DNA of 32,657 nt from Litorivivens sp. GTDB taxonomy: Bacteria; Pseudomonadota; Gammaproteobacteria; Pseudomonadales; Spongiibacteraceae. The stretch spans positions 1 to 32,657 of the forward strand of contig JBFHCW010000001.1 of assembly GCA_041585035.1 (NCBI GenBank), written 5' to 3'. Position numbers and translations under genes: made by a program. Below, piece by piece: positions 8,667-18,282 of the stretch (positions are counted from its first letter, which is position 1; every line of letters begins with the position of its first letter). The notes beneath the pieces are model-generated. The model worked only from the letters and a program-made list of their open reading frames with translations, was not told the DNA's origin and searched no databases.

Positions 8667-10421
8667 TTAGCGCCGCTGCATCAAACGGTCGATGAAGTCA
8701 TTGGTGAATACCCGTTGCGGGTCCAGCTTATCCAACCGTTTGATCGCCGAATCCCAACCGGCGCTCTTCGGTCTGCCATCGCTGTGCCCCTCTGGAATGA
8801 CACGATCGATGTAATCACTGTCGGTCCACGCAGCTTCGGGTCGGTAAGCCCAGCCTTTGGACCATTCCGGTCGAACCATGGCCTCATCGCCGTTGAAACG
8901 GCTGTGCAACCACTGCTCCATCTCGGCATTGAACGCGTGTGACATATCCGTACCGACGAAGCTCAGGCAGTCGAACCAGACAGCCACATCCCACTCGGGA
9001 TGCTGCTCAACCGGGCGCACTGCCGAGAGCATCGGCGCCTCAGCCGAAACGCCGTCAACTTCATCGGGTTGATCCAGCCCGGTAACACGGATCTCAACGG
9101 GCATGTTGATGGGGTATTCACCCATCGACTCGTAGGCCGCTATCATATCTTTGAATTTTTCGGCAAAGTCGTAGATAACGCGCTGCACATTGCTGCGACG
9201 CGTCAGCACCGCATAGCCACTGGCCTCAATACGCAGCGTCGATGGTTTGATATAGAGCAGCGTGTTCTTTGACTCACCCCAGATATCAGCCGATTGCGTT
9301 GCAGCCAGACCGGCGGTGGTAACGTTGTACATCATCTGCCCGAACAGAGGCGTTGACGCTTTGTTGCCACGTGTCAGAGAGCGGGCCATCTCTTCAATTT
9401 CATCGGGCATATTATCCGAGAAGGGATAGTTGTAGGGCTCGGTCACTTCGCGTGAGAACAGCGGTTTTTTCGGGGCCACGCTCCACACCTTCAACCAGGG
9501 CTTGTCGGTGAAGGGAAACCAGATCACTTCCATACGCCCGGCTTGATCCAGATAGTGCGCCACCGTGCGGCCGGTCGATTCTGGAGGCCCTAACAACTCA
9601 TCCACGTGAATATCAGTGAAACTCTGGCAGCGCAGCTTTTGATTTTCTCCAAGCTGGAAAACCGCTTCCACCACCAACACCCGCCCCAGGTTGGTAATCA
9701 CCGCCGCTGCGTCGCGGTCGCGTCGATCGATGGTCTGCAGGGTATAGGCATTGGCACTTTTATCCCAGGCGACGATAGTGACTTCTTGCACGAGATTCGA
9801 CAACGAACCATAGCTATGGCCCGGCAGTCGCTGCTCGCCAATGGCAGGCACGGCGGTACCGTGGGCATCGACCGCCAGCACACCGCCAACGGTGACATCC
9901 CCCGGTGCAGGCACCGCGGTCATACCCAAATTATGGGCCTCAACAAAACCCAGCAGATCTTCCATGTAAACACCGGCCTGAGCTCGCACCATAGGCAGTG
10001 CCCGGCTGTAATCCATACTGATATTGGCTAGATAATCGACGGTGTTAAGCAAGATTACCGGCGTATGGCAGTCCATATCCGGGGTCACGTGAATGGGAGA
10101 CCAGTTATGCATCGCGCCACGCGGGCGTACCTGCCAGCCCTGTGCCGCAGCCCAGTTCACCAGATCGACGCACTCCTGCGCTGAACGCGGTGCACAGGTC
10201 CAGAGAGAATCGATAAAGATACCCTTGGACCAGTTTTCAAAGGCCTGTCGGAACACGTTCAAATGCGACGGCAAATTCGGTGGTGGCGTGCAGTCACTCG
10301 CCTCAGCAACACCCACGCGGAACGCCGGGACCCACGCTGCGGCGGAAACAATTGCAGAGGTTTTCAGAAAACGGCGGCGAGACAGCTCAGGCTTGGCCTG
10401 AGGAGAGTTATCAGACGACAT
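8667..10421 (-). CDS. Tat-exported class II (covalent FAD, VAO-type) cholesterol oxidase
   Basis: SRRRFLK twin-arginine signal ending in AEA; RPRGAMHNW FAD-attachment His motif; PAPGDVTVGGVLAVDAHGT; VEIRVTGLD; RPEWSKGW. Confidence 0.88.
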   Translation of the reverse strand: MSSDNSPQAKPELSRRRFLKTSAIVSAAAWVPAFRVGVAEASDCTPPPNLPSHLNVFRQAFENWSKGIFIDSLWTCAPRSAQECVDLVNWAAAQGWQVRPRGAMHNWSPIHVTPDMDCHTPVILLNTVDYLANISMDYSRALPMVRAQAGVYMEDLLGFVEAHNLGMTAVPAPGDVTVGGVLAVDAHGTAVPAIGEQRLPGHSYGSLSNLVQEVTIVAWDKSANAYTLQTIDRRDRDAAAVITNLGRVLVVEAVFQLGENQKLRCQSFTDIHVDELLGPPESTGRTVAHYLDQAGRMEVIWFPFTDKPWLKVWSVAPKKPLFSREVTEPYNYPFSDNMPDEIEEMARSLTRGNKASTPLFGQMMYNVTTAGLAATQSADIWGESKNTLLYIKPSTLRIEASGYAVLTRRSNVQRVIYDFAEKFKDMIAAYESMGEYPINMPVEIRVTGLDQPDEVDGVSAEAPMLSAVRPVEQHPEWDVAVWFDCLSFVGTDMSHAFNAEMEQWLHSRFNGDEAMVRPEWSKGWAYRPEAAWTDSDYIDRVIPEGHSDGRPKSAGWDSAIKRLDKLDPQRVFTNDFIDRLMQRR

Positions 10422-10707
10422 ACTTCCCCTTACAGATATTTTTGTTATTGGCGTTACAGCTTTATATTCCTAAAAAATAATCGTTTTGTCTGCAAAAAGC
10501 GACAGAAAATTTTCTTGGATTTTCAGAGTAGTGCTGCAATCGACAATTTAATCGAGATAGCCAAAGCGGTGTCCTAAGAGCACTGACCTGACTCAATGCG
10601 TTGCAAGGAAAGCGCTCATGGCTGCACGGGCAGCCCGGGCGCAGCAGTTATTCAGATGAAGGCTGTCTCTAAGCCGTCCACCCGGTGGCAGGAAGAACTG
10701 GCGCGAA

Positions 10708-10729
10708 AGCCCTCCGCAAAGGGAGGGCT
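10708..10729 (-). terminator. Probable terminator of the mms operon
   Basis: AGCCCTCC-6 nt-GGAGGGCT hairpin shortly after the mmsB stop; short T run. Confidence 0.5.
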
Positions 10730-10751
10730 AACGGGGCCGTAGCGTTGTCGC

Positions 10752-11645
10752 CTAATCGTTATTACGAAACAGATTGAGAATGCTCGAGAAATCCTTCTGC
10801 CCGTTACCGGCCAGACCGTGGGCCGCATAGAGGCTGCGGGCCAGAGAACCCAGCGGCACCGAGCTTTTACTGGAAATACTGTTTTCCATCGCAAGCCCCA
10901 GATCCTTGATCATCAAGTCCACCATAAACCCGGGCTGGTAGCCCTTACTCGCAGCGGAGTTCTCCTGCACACCCGGATAGGGGTTGTAGACTTCCAGTGA
11001 CCAATTGCGCCCGGAGCTGGCCAGCATAATCTCGGACAGTACTTTGGGGTCGAGGCCGTTGTTAGCCCCCAATTGCAGGGCTTCACTGGTGCCAATCATA
11101 TGGATCGCCAGCAGCATGTTGTTACACATCTTGGCCACCTGCCCCGCACCGTGATCGCCCGCGTGAAAAATGTTCTTACCCATGCCCGACAGAATCGCGC
11201 GAGCGCGTTCAAAATCTTCGGCCTTGCCGCCGCACATAAAGCTCAGCGTTCCTGCCTGCGCTGCCGCAACGCCGCCGGATACTGGCGCGTCCATCACGCC
11301 AATTCCCAGCTCTGCACCAGCTCCGGCCAACTCCCGGGCGCTTTCGGCATCAATCGTGGAGCAATCCAGCACCAGCACGCCTTTGGGCAAATGCTGGAGA
11401 ATACCGTGAGTCTCGTCGAGATAGAGTGACAGCACATGCTGACCAGCGGGCAGCATGGAGATGACGGCATCGACACCTTCGATCGCGGCCCGTGCCGAGG
11501 AAGCAGTATTGATACCCTCAGCGTTGACCGCCGCCAGTGCCTTATCTGAAAGATCAAAGGCTGTGACACTATGGCCAGCCTTGGCGAGATTGATCGCCAT
11601 AGGCCCCCCCATATTTCCCAGACCGATAAATGCTACCGTGCTCAT
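10752..11645 (-). CDS. mmsB: 3-hydroxyisobutyrate dehydrogenase
   Basis: FIGLGNMGGPMA, DAPVSGG, AKMCNNMLL, SSGRNWSLEVYNPYPG; in an operon with mmsA. Confidence 0.95.
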   Translation of the reverse strand: MSTVAFIGLGNMGGPMAINLAKAGHSVTAFDLSDKALAAVNAEGINTASSARAAIEGVDAVISMLPAGQHVLSLYLDETHGILQHLPKGVLVLDCSTIDAESARELAGAGAELGIGVMDAPVSGGVAAAQAGTLSFMCGGKAEDFERARAILSGMGKNIFHAGDHGAGQVAKMCNNMLLAIHMIGTSEALQLGANNGLDPKVLSEIMLASSGRNWSLEVYNPYPGVQENSAASKGYQPGFMVDLMIKDLGLAMENSISSKSSVPLGSLARSLYAAHGLAGNGQKDFSSILNLFRNND

Positions 11646-11646
11646 G

Positions 11647-12795
11647 TCAGGCCCTCTTCAGTTCAGCAATATCCGCCAGCGGGTTCTGCGGCCAGGGCGG
11701 TGTGAAAAATTGTTCACTCAGCTCTGCCGGGACATCGGCAACCGACGGGTAGATCCACTGCGGGTTCTTGTCCTTATCGATCAGCAAGGCGCGCACACCT
11801 TCGGCGAATTCCGGGTGACGCACGACGGTGGTCGACAGCATCAATTCGAACTGAAAAACCTCTTCAAGCGACAGCGCTTCACCGCGCTTGAGCTGCTGCC
11901 AGATATTGTGAGCGGTTATGGGTGAACCGTGGGCCAGACTAGCCTTGGCTTTCTCCAGCCATTTGTCGTCAGACTCAATGGTGAGAATATTGTTAACCAC
12001 CGTTTCGAGATCGCTGCCAGCGCACACCCGATCAATCAATTCCCGGTGCTGAGCAATAGCACTGACCAGCTCACTGCCGTCTTCCTGGCTCGCCCTGGCG
12101 GCAGTGTGAGATTTCAACGCTTCGGTGAGCAGGGTTTTGTTAGCGGCATCATCAGCTTTCCAGTCCACCGCTTTGACCAGATCGAAAATCTCCGCTTTGC
12201 GAGACCGCAGGGCAAAGTAACGCGCCATACCGGCATAGAGGGTATCTGCGGCGTTGATGGAGGCTGCAGTCAGTGCTACAAACAGGCCGGTTTTACCCGG
12301 CATCCGATTCAGAAACCAGGTACCGCCCACATCCGGGTACAGGGCAATGGTGATTTCCGGCATGGCGATGCGGGTTTTCTCGGTAACAATCGCATGGCTG
12401 CAGCCCATAAACAGGCCCAAGCCGCCGCCCATAACAATGCCGTCGCCCCAGCACACAACCGGTTTCGGGTAGATATGCAGCAGGTAATCGAGGCGGTATT
12501 CCCGCTCGAAAAAGGTTTCCGCTTCCACACAGGGGCCTCCCGGTGTTTTGGTCGCGGAACGATACAGTTCCTGAACATCTCCGCCGGCACAGAAGGCTTT
12601 CTCGCCGGCCCCCTGCAGCCAGACGGCGGCAATGCGATCATCGTGCTGCCAGTCCTGTAACTGGGTCAGCATCAAATCAACCATTGGCAGGGTCAGAGAG
12701 TTAAGGGTTTTCTCGACGCTGAGGGTGATCACACCAATGGCTTTGCCATTGGTGGCGTCTACTTCCTCAAAAATAACGGGGCCGGGCTCAGGCAT
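11647..12795 (-). CDS. 3-hydroxyisobutyryl-CoA hydrolase (crotonase family)
   Basis: KAFCAGGDV, GIVMGGGLG, AMPEITIALYPDVG, FAEGVRALLIDKD. Start reassigned to ATG 12795 (MPEPGPV), which overlaps the upstream stop. Confidence 0.88.
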   Translation of the reverse strand: MPEPGPVIFEEVDATNGKAIGVITLSVEKTLNSLTLPMVDLMLTQLQDWQHDDRIAAVWLQGAGEKAFCAGGDVQELYRSATKTPGGPCVEAETFFEREYRLDYLLHIYPKPVVCWGDGIVMGGGLGLFMGCSHAIVTEKTRIAMPEITIALYPDVGGTWFLNRMPGKTGLFVALTAASINAADTLYAGMARYFALRSRKAEIFDLVKAVDWKADDAANKTLLTEALKSHTAARASQEDGSELVSAIAQHRELIDRVCAGSDLETVVNNILTIESDDKWLEKAKASLAHGSPITAHNIWQQLKRGEALSLEEVFQFELMLSTTVVRHPEFAEGVRALLIDKDKNPQWIYPSVADVPAELSEQFFTPPWPQNPLADIAELKRA

Positions 12796-13576
12796 TTTTC
12801 CACTCCGGTTCACGTTTCTCCAGAAAGGCCTGTACACCTTCCACCTGATCCTGGGTATCGAACAGATCGACAAACAGCTCGCGCTCCAGCGGCAATTGCG
12901 GGTTCATGGCACGCTCGCGAGCACCGCGAATCAGTTTCTTGCAAGCCGCAACACTGGAAGGACTCTGCTTGGCGACCTGCTGCGCCAGCTCCACCGCACG
13001 TTTGAGAGACTCTCCCTTGGGAACCACTTCCTGCGCCAACCCGATTTTCTCAGCCGTCGCAGCATTAATACGCTCATTACAGAGAATCATTTTCGCCGCC
13101 CAGGCTTCACCCACCAGCCAGCTCAGGCGCTGAGTTCCCCCCGCACAGGGCAGCAGCCCGACGCGCGCTTCCGGCAAAGCCATCTGCGCCTGTTCTTCAA
13201 CGATGCGGATATCGCAGGCCAGAGCGCACTCCAAGCCGCCACCCATGGCATAACCGTTGACCGCCGCTATGGCCACGCCGCGAAAATCGGCGAGGGCTTC
13301 AAAGGCTTCACCAAAGGCATCAGCCATTCTGCGGGCATTATCCTTATCGCCATCGGCGAACATTTTCAGATCCGCACCGGCAGAAAAGAACTTCTCACCT
13401 TCGCCGGTCACCACCAGCGCGTAGATATCTTTCTCTTTGTTCAGACCATCGACGATAACCTTCAGCCCGGGCAGGCTGTCGCCGTCCCACGTGTTGGCTG
13501 CGGGGTTGTCGATGGTAATGATCGCAACGTGGCCGTCGCGCTCCAGTTTCAGTTTGGGTGTCGGGCTTTTTTTCAT
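12788..13576 (-). CDS. Enoyl-CoA hydratase (probably acting on methacrylyl-CoA)
   Basis: FFSAGADL, AMGGGLE, LPEARVGLLPCAGGTQRL, EGVQAFLEKR. Confidence 0.93.
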   Translation of the reverse strand: MKKSPTPKLKLERDGHVAIITIDNPAANTWDGDSLPGLKVIVDGLNKEKDIYALVVTGEGEKFFSAGADLKMFADGDKDNARRMADAFGEAFEALADFRGVAIAAVNGYAMGGGLECALACDIRIVEEQAQMALPEARVGLLPCAGGTQRLSWLVGEAWAAKMILCNERINAATAEKIGLAQEVVPKGESLKRAVELAQQVAKQSPSSVAACKKLIRGARERAMNPQLPLERELFVDLFDTQDQVEGVQAFLEKREPEWKNA

Positions 13577-14733
13577 CTGAGCATCTCCGTCATACCTTCC
13601 ATCAGAATTCGGCGCGACAGAATCACGCGCATAATCTCGTTGGTACCTTCCAGAATCTGGTGCACCCGGCTATCGCGCAGGAATCGCTCCACCGGGTACT
13701 CCCGAATGTAACCGTAGCCGCCGTGCAATTGCAGGGCCTGATTGCACACCTCAAAACCGACATCGGTGGCAAAGCGCTTGGCCATGGCACAGTAGGCGGT
13801 TTTTTCCGGGTGATGGCTGTCGAGTTTGAAAGCCGCCATGCGCACCATCTGTCGGGCGGCCACCAGCTCGGTAAGCATATCCGCCAGTTTGAACTGGGTG
13901 TTCTGAAAATCGGCAATGCGTTGACCAAACTGCTCGCGCTCTGACACATGACTCAGAGCAAACTGCAGACAGGCCTGCGCTGCGCCAATGGAGCACGTGG
14001 CGATATTAATACGGCCACCATCCAAACCTTCCATGGCAATGGCAAAGCCCTGACCTTCCTCGCCCAGGCGGTTGGCCACTGGCACTTCAACATCGTCAAA
14101 GCTGATGGCGCGGGTCGGCTGACTGTTCCAGCCCATTTTCTCTTCTTTCTTGCCGTAACTGATACCCGGAGCATCGGCGGGAATAGCAAAAGCGCTGATG
14201 CCTTTTGGGCCGGGTGCACCGGTGCGCGCCATGACCACCAGCACATCGGAATCGCCGGCGCCTGAAATAAAGGCTTTGCTTCCAGTGAGCCGATAAATCT
14301 CACCTTCGCGCACAGCGCGGGTTTTCAGGTTGCCCGCGTCGGAACCCGCATTGGGTTCCGTTAAGCAGTAGGACGCAAGCAACGCCCCGGTGGTCAGCCC
14401 CGGGCAGAAAGCCCTTCGCACGTGCTCACTGCCGTAGCGCGCTACCATATTCAACGCCATATTATGGATGCTGATATAGGCCGCCGTAGAGGGGCAGGCC
14501 GCCGCCAGTTCTTCCAGAATAATCGCGGAATCGAGGCGCGACAGATCAATGCCACCTTCGGATACCGGGGTATACAGGCCCATAAAGCCCAGCTCGCCCG
14601 CCTGACGCAACACCTCTTTTGGGAAAAACTGCCGGGCATCCCACTCTGCCGCCTTGGGCGCCATGACATCCTGCGCGAACTGGCGCGCCGTTTCCTGAAA
14701 GGCGCGCTGGTCTTCGTTCAGTTCTAAATCCAT
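13573..14733 (-). CDS. Acyl-CoA dehydrogenase (isobutyryl-CoA dehydrogenase type)
   Basis: YCLTEPNAGSD, GSKAFISG, KMGWNSQPT, GLDGGRINI, QLHGGYGY, HQILEGTNEIMR. Confidence 0.93.
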   Translation of the reverse strand: MDLELNEDQRAFQETARQFAQDVMAPKAAEWDARQFFPKEVLRQAGELGFMGLYTPVSEGGIDLSRLDSAIILEELAAACPSTAAYISIHNMALNMVARYGSEHVRRAFCPGLTTGALLASYCLTEPNAGSDAGNLKTRAVREGEIYRLTGSKAFISGAGDSDVLVVMARTGAPGPKGISAFAIPADAPGISYGKKEEKMGWNSQPTRAISFDDVEVPVANRLGEEGQGFAIAMEGLDGGRINIATCSIGAAQACLQFALSHVSEREQFGQRIADFQNTQFKLADMLTELVAARQMVRMAAFKLDSHHPEKTAYCAMAKRFATDVGFEVCNQALQLHGGYGYIREYPVERFLRDSRVHQILEGTNEIMRVILSRRILMEGMTEMLR

Positions 14734-14744
14734 GGAACGCTCCG

Positions 14745-16241
14745 CTATTTAAGCGCGATGGTCATATTCGGCTGGTCACCTGCCGCTTCATCGACCGGCC
14801 AGCGCGCGGTAATGGTTTTGGTTTCCGTATAGAAACGCACCGCCTGCTTGCCGTAGGCGTGCAGATCTCCCATAAACGATGCCTTCCAGCCAGTGAAGGA
14901 GAAGAACGGCAGCGGCACGGGAATGGGTATATTGATCCCCACCTGCCCGACTTCTATTTCATGCTGGTAACGGCGCGCCGCCGCACCGGATTTGGTAAAG
15001 ATGGACGTGCCGTTGCCAAAGGGACAGGCATTGATCAGCTCAATCGCTTCACCCAGTGTTTTAACATGCATACACACCAGCACCGGGCCAAAGATCTCTT
15101 CCTTGTAGATCGTCATATCGGTGGTGACATCGGTAAAAATTGTCGGCCCCACCCAGTTGCCGTCAGGGTAACCCTCGACCGTGCAGTCTCGCCCGTCCAG
15201 CAAGCAGGTGGCGCCCTCTTCGATGCCCTTGCCGATATAGGCTTTTACGCGATCCGTCGCTGCCTTGCTGACCAGCGGGCCGTAGCCGGCACTCGCATCA
15301 TCCCAGTTACCGGGCTTCACTTTGGCAAGTTTCTCTTTGAGTTCATCGACCCACTGAATGCTGTCGCCAACAAACACCGCCACACTGATTGCCATACAAC
15401 GCTGACCGGCCGCACCAACCGAAGCGCCCACCAGGTTGTTTACCACCGTATTTTTGTCTGCGTCGGGCATAACCACCATATGGTTTTTGGCCCCTGCAAA
15501 ACACTGCACGCGCTTCAGGTGGTGAGTGCCGGTGCGATAGATATGCTCACCGACAGGAACCGAACCCACAAAAGAAATGGCTTTGGTAACGGGATGGGTC
15601 AGAAGCTGGTCGACCTGATCCTTGCCGCCATGAACCATCTGTACCACACCGTCCGGACAACCCGCTTCCTTGAACAACTCCAGCAGGCGAACAGCCGTCA
15701 GCGGCACTTGCTCTGAGGGCTTGAGCACAAAGGTGTTTCCGCAGGCGACGGCCAGCGGGAACATCCACAGCGGAATCATCGCCGGAAAGTTAAAGGGGGT
15801 AATGCCGACACAGACACCCAGCGACTGAACGTTGCTGTAGGTGTCCACTCCGTTGGCCACATTCTCAACCGTTTCGCCCATCAACAGAGATGGCACGTTG
15901 CAAGCGTGCTCAACCACTTCGATACCGCGCCACACGTCACCCTTGGCATCCTCAAAGGTCTTGCCGTTATCTTCGGCAAGAATCTCGGCCAGCTCGTCGT
16001 GATGTTCCTTCAGCAGCGCCTGATAACGCAGCATCATGCGGGCTCGTTCGGGTACCGGTACGTTGCGCCAGGTTTTGAAGGCTTCTGCGGCACCTTGAAT
16101 GGCCTGCTCAACTTCATCTGCGGTCGCAAAGGGCACTTCGGCGAGAACGCTCTGAGTTGCAGGATTGATGACAGGAAGGCTCTGGGACGACGTGCTGTCC
16201 ACAAACTGGCCGTTAATAAGAAGGGGTACGCGCTTGCTCAT
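14745..16241 (-). CDS. mmsA: CoA-acylating methylmalonate-semialdehyde dehydrogenase
   Basis: [47 protein letters not shown]. Confidence 0.96.
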   Translation of the reverse strand: MSKRVPLLINGQFVDSTSSQSLPVINPATQSVLAEVPFATADEVEQAIQGAAEAFKTWRNVPVPERARMMLRYQALLKEHHDELAEILAEDNGKTFEDAKGDVWRGIEVVEHACNVPSLLMGETVENVANGVDTYSNVQSLGVCVGITPFNFPAMIPLWMFPLAVACGNTFVLKPSEQVPLTAVRLLELFKEAGCPDGVVQMVHGGKDQVDQLLTHPVTKAISFVGSVPVGEHIYRTGTHHLKRVQCFAGAKNHMVVMPDADKNTVVNNLVGASVGAAGQRCMAISVAVFVGDSIQWVDELKEKLAKVKPGNWDDASAGYGPLVSKAATDRVKAYIGKGIEEGATCLLDGRDCTVEGYPDGNWVGPTIFTDVTTDMTIYKEEIFGPVLVCMHVKTLGEAIELINACPFGNGTSIFTKSGAAARRYQHEIEVGQVGINIPIPVPLPFFSFTGWKASFMGDLHAYGKQAVRFYTETKTITARWPVDEAAGDQPNMTIALK

Positions 16242-16366
16242 TGCATCACCTGTGAGGGGTTAATGGGTCAATGATTGCGACTCTAGCAAGCGTATTTTGG
16301 CATTGATATTGACGAAGTTTTGAATTACATGGACTATATTGCGGGTCACAAGAGGATAAGATCCAC

Positions 16367-17248
16367 ATGAGCCAGCCCTCGCATTGGCCTCTGCCCGAAG
16401 ACGGCATTCGCTTCGTCACCCCCGGCTTCTTGCTGGAGGCACTGCAGAATAGCCCGCTGGCGCGAGACTGCTACCCCTCGGCACTTGGCTATTACCCCGC
16501 CGCCCGGGGGCATGGCATGGGCCGCGAGAAACATGACGACAACCTGCTGATATTCTGCGTTGACGGCGAAGGCCGGCTGGAAACCCATCAGTACAACCAG
16601 ACGGTTACCGCCGGCGATCTGCTGCTGATCCCCGCCAATACGCCACACTATTATGAAGCCAGCCGGGAAGCCCCTTGGACCATCTACTGGTGTCATTTCA
16701 GCGGCCTCCAGGCAGCCGATTACGTCCAACTCATCAGCGGCGCCCGAGGGAAACTGGTGCTGCCAATCAGCAAGCGTCTTAAGCTGATCCGGGATTTTCA
16801 AAGCCTTCTGAGCGTACGGGAAACCGGTTACCGCGAACTGCCTTTTATTCACGCAGCGAATCAGCTCAAACAGATGCTGAGTTATATTGCCCTGCAAAAC
16901 CGTTCAGCCCAGCACAATACCCAGACCGGCTTTAACCTGCAGGATATCGAGGATGTTATGCGCGCCAACCTCGATAAGTCGTTGTCACTGGAAGAACTCG
17001 CAGCGGAATGCCAGCTGTCAAAATACCATTTCTCCGTCAAATACAAAGACGCTACCGGCTACTCCCCGATTAAACACTTCCTGCATATGAAAATTGAAGC
17101 GGCCTGCCAGCTGTTGGATACCACCGACCTTCGGATCAGCGCGATCAGTGCCGCCGTGGGTTACGATGACCCCCTGTATTTTTCACGCCTGTTCAGAAAG
17201 GTTACTGGAACATCACCCAAAGATTACCGTGCGTCGCACAAAAAGTAG
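16367..17248 (+). CDS. mmsR: AraC-family activator of the mms operon
   Basis: N-terminal cupin-like domain (PWTIYWCHFSG) and C-terminal AraC HTH (VGYDDPLYFSRLFRKVTGTSPKDYR); divergent from mmsA. Confidence 0.88.
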   Translation: MSQPSHWPLPEDGIRFVTPGFLLEALQNSPLARDCYPSALGYYPAARGHGMGREKHDDNLLIFCVDGEGRLETHQYNQTVTAGDLLLIPANTPHYYEASREAPWTIYWCHFSGLQAADYVQLISGARGKLVLPISKRLKLIRDFQSLLSVRETGYRELPFIHAANQLKQMLSYIALQNRSAQHNTQTGFNLQDIEDVMRANLDKSLSLEELAAECQLSKYHFSVKYKDATGYSPIKHFLHMKIEAACQLLDTTDLRISAISAAVGYDDPLYFSRLFRKVTGTSPKDYRASHKK

Positions 17249-17502
17249 CGCGATTGTGTCGCCCGCTACCTGCCGTATCGATTTAAAGTGACTCTGTTGC
17301 ACAAACAGCCCGGGCATTTGACGCCGAGCGGCAACATCAAACTGCGGAAAACCCTATATTTAAAGTAGTTTCGGCATTTTTTTACCGCCCGCCGTATGAC
17401 CTTGGACAGGCCGCCGCTTTCTCCTGTTCAATGAAGCTGAAGCATCGAAACGCGTGTCTGTAACACGAAATCCATGCAACTGCATTCAACACGGAGGTCG
17501 AC

Positions 17503-17847
17503 ATGGACTCTCAAGCAAACGCACAACAGAAGCCCAAGCAGAATCAAGATGACACCTACAGCGAGGTAAACTACGACACACTCAAACAGGACATTCATCA
17601 ATTGCGCGATGATTTTTCTAAGCTTACGCAATCGTTGCTGGACAAGCAGCGCGGCCAGGTCAATCACCTGCGTGAAGAGCTTTCCAGCAGCGGCCGACGC
17701 GCAGTGGACAGCGCAAAATCCGTCGGCGATAAAACCCTCAAAGGCACACAGCAGCAGATTCGGGAACGCCCGCTGACAACCTTACTGACAATTTTTCTGG
17801 CTGGACTCTTCCTTGGAAAGCTACTCGACCGGCATCCGGCTGAGTAA
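17503..17847 (+). CDS. DUF883 / ElaB-YqjD-like tail-anchored membrane protein
   Basis: GGAGG RBS; coiled coil followed by IRERPLTTLLTIFLAGLFLGKLL at the C-terminus. Confidence 0.8.
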   Translation: MDSQANAQQKPKQNQDDTYSEVNYDTLKQDIHQLRDDFSKLTQSLLDKQRGQVNHLREELSSSGRRAVDSAKSVGDKTLKGTQQQIRERPLTTLLTIFLAGLFLGKLLDRHPAE

Positions 17848-17851
17848 GCCA

Positions 17852-18271
17852 ATGCGCCACCTAGCAGCACGCCTTCTCGCCGCGATCGCAACAGTGACGC
17901 TGATGTTGATTGTCATCGCGTCACTGATCGCGTTTTCTATCGGTTATCTGCTCGATAGTCTGGTTGCGTTGCTGCAACCGATTATCGGTCACGCGAGTGC
18001 GCTCAGTGTCGCCGGGCTGTCAGGCCTGCTGCTTTTATTTTTGCTCTGCCTTCTGCTTAAAAGAAATCTGCTTTCGCCGGATAAAACGGCCACCCAAGAA
18101 CAGAGCCGCTATGTCAGCCAATTTGAGCAGTCTCGCGAGCTGATACAAAAATACCCCCTGGAAGCTGCCGCGCTGGCCTTTATCGGTGGAATCGCTGCGA
18201 AGCACCCGCAAACCCGGGAGCTGATGAAATCTACCGTGCAAAGCTGGCTTGATGAAAGCGGCGCCGGCTAG
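17852..18271 (+). CDS. Small membrane protein (two TM helices plus a C-terminal DUF883-like motif)
   Basis: ATG 4 nt after the upstream stop; two hydrophobic segments; LIQKYPLEAAALAFIGG. Confidence 0.7.
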   Translation: MRHLAARLLAAIATVTLMLIVIASLIAFSIGYLLDSLVALLQPIIGHASALSVAGLSGLLLLFLLCLLLKRNLLSPDKTATQEQSRYVSQFEQSRELIQKYPLEAAALAFIGGIAAKHPQTRELMKSTVQSWLDESGAG

Positions 18272-18282
18272 TCGTGCCGCGC

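Noticed and set aside
12796-12873. N-terminal extension of the 408-aa crotonase ORF
   Set aside because: Overlaps the upstream gene; ATG 12795 gives a normal coupled start.
11929-15716. Long plus-strand ORFs (243, 359 and 285 aa) over the mms operon
   Set aside because: Typical antisense open frames in GC-biased coding DNA opposite well-conserved genes.
10752-17248. mms operon as a novel system
   Set aside because: Well-known valine/isobutyrate catabolic cluster with a standard layout.
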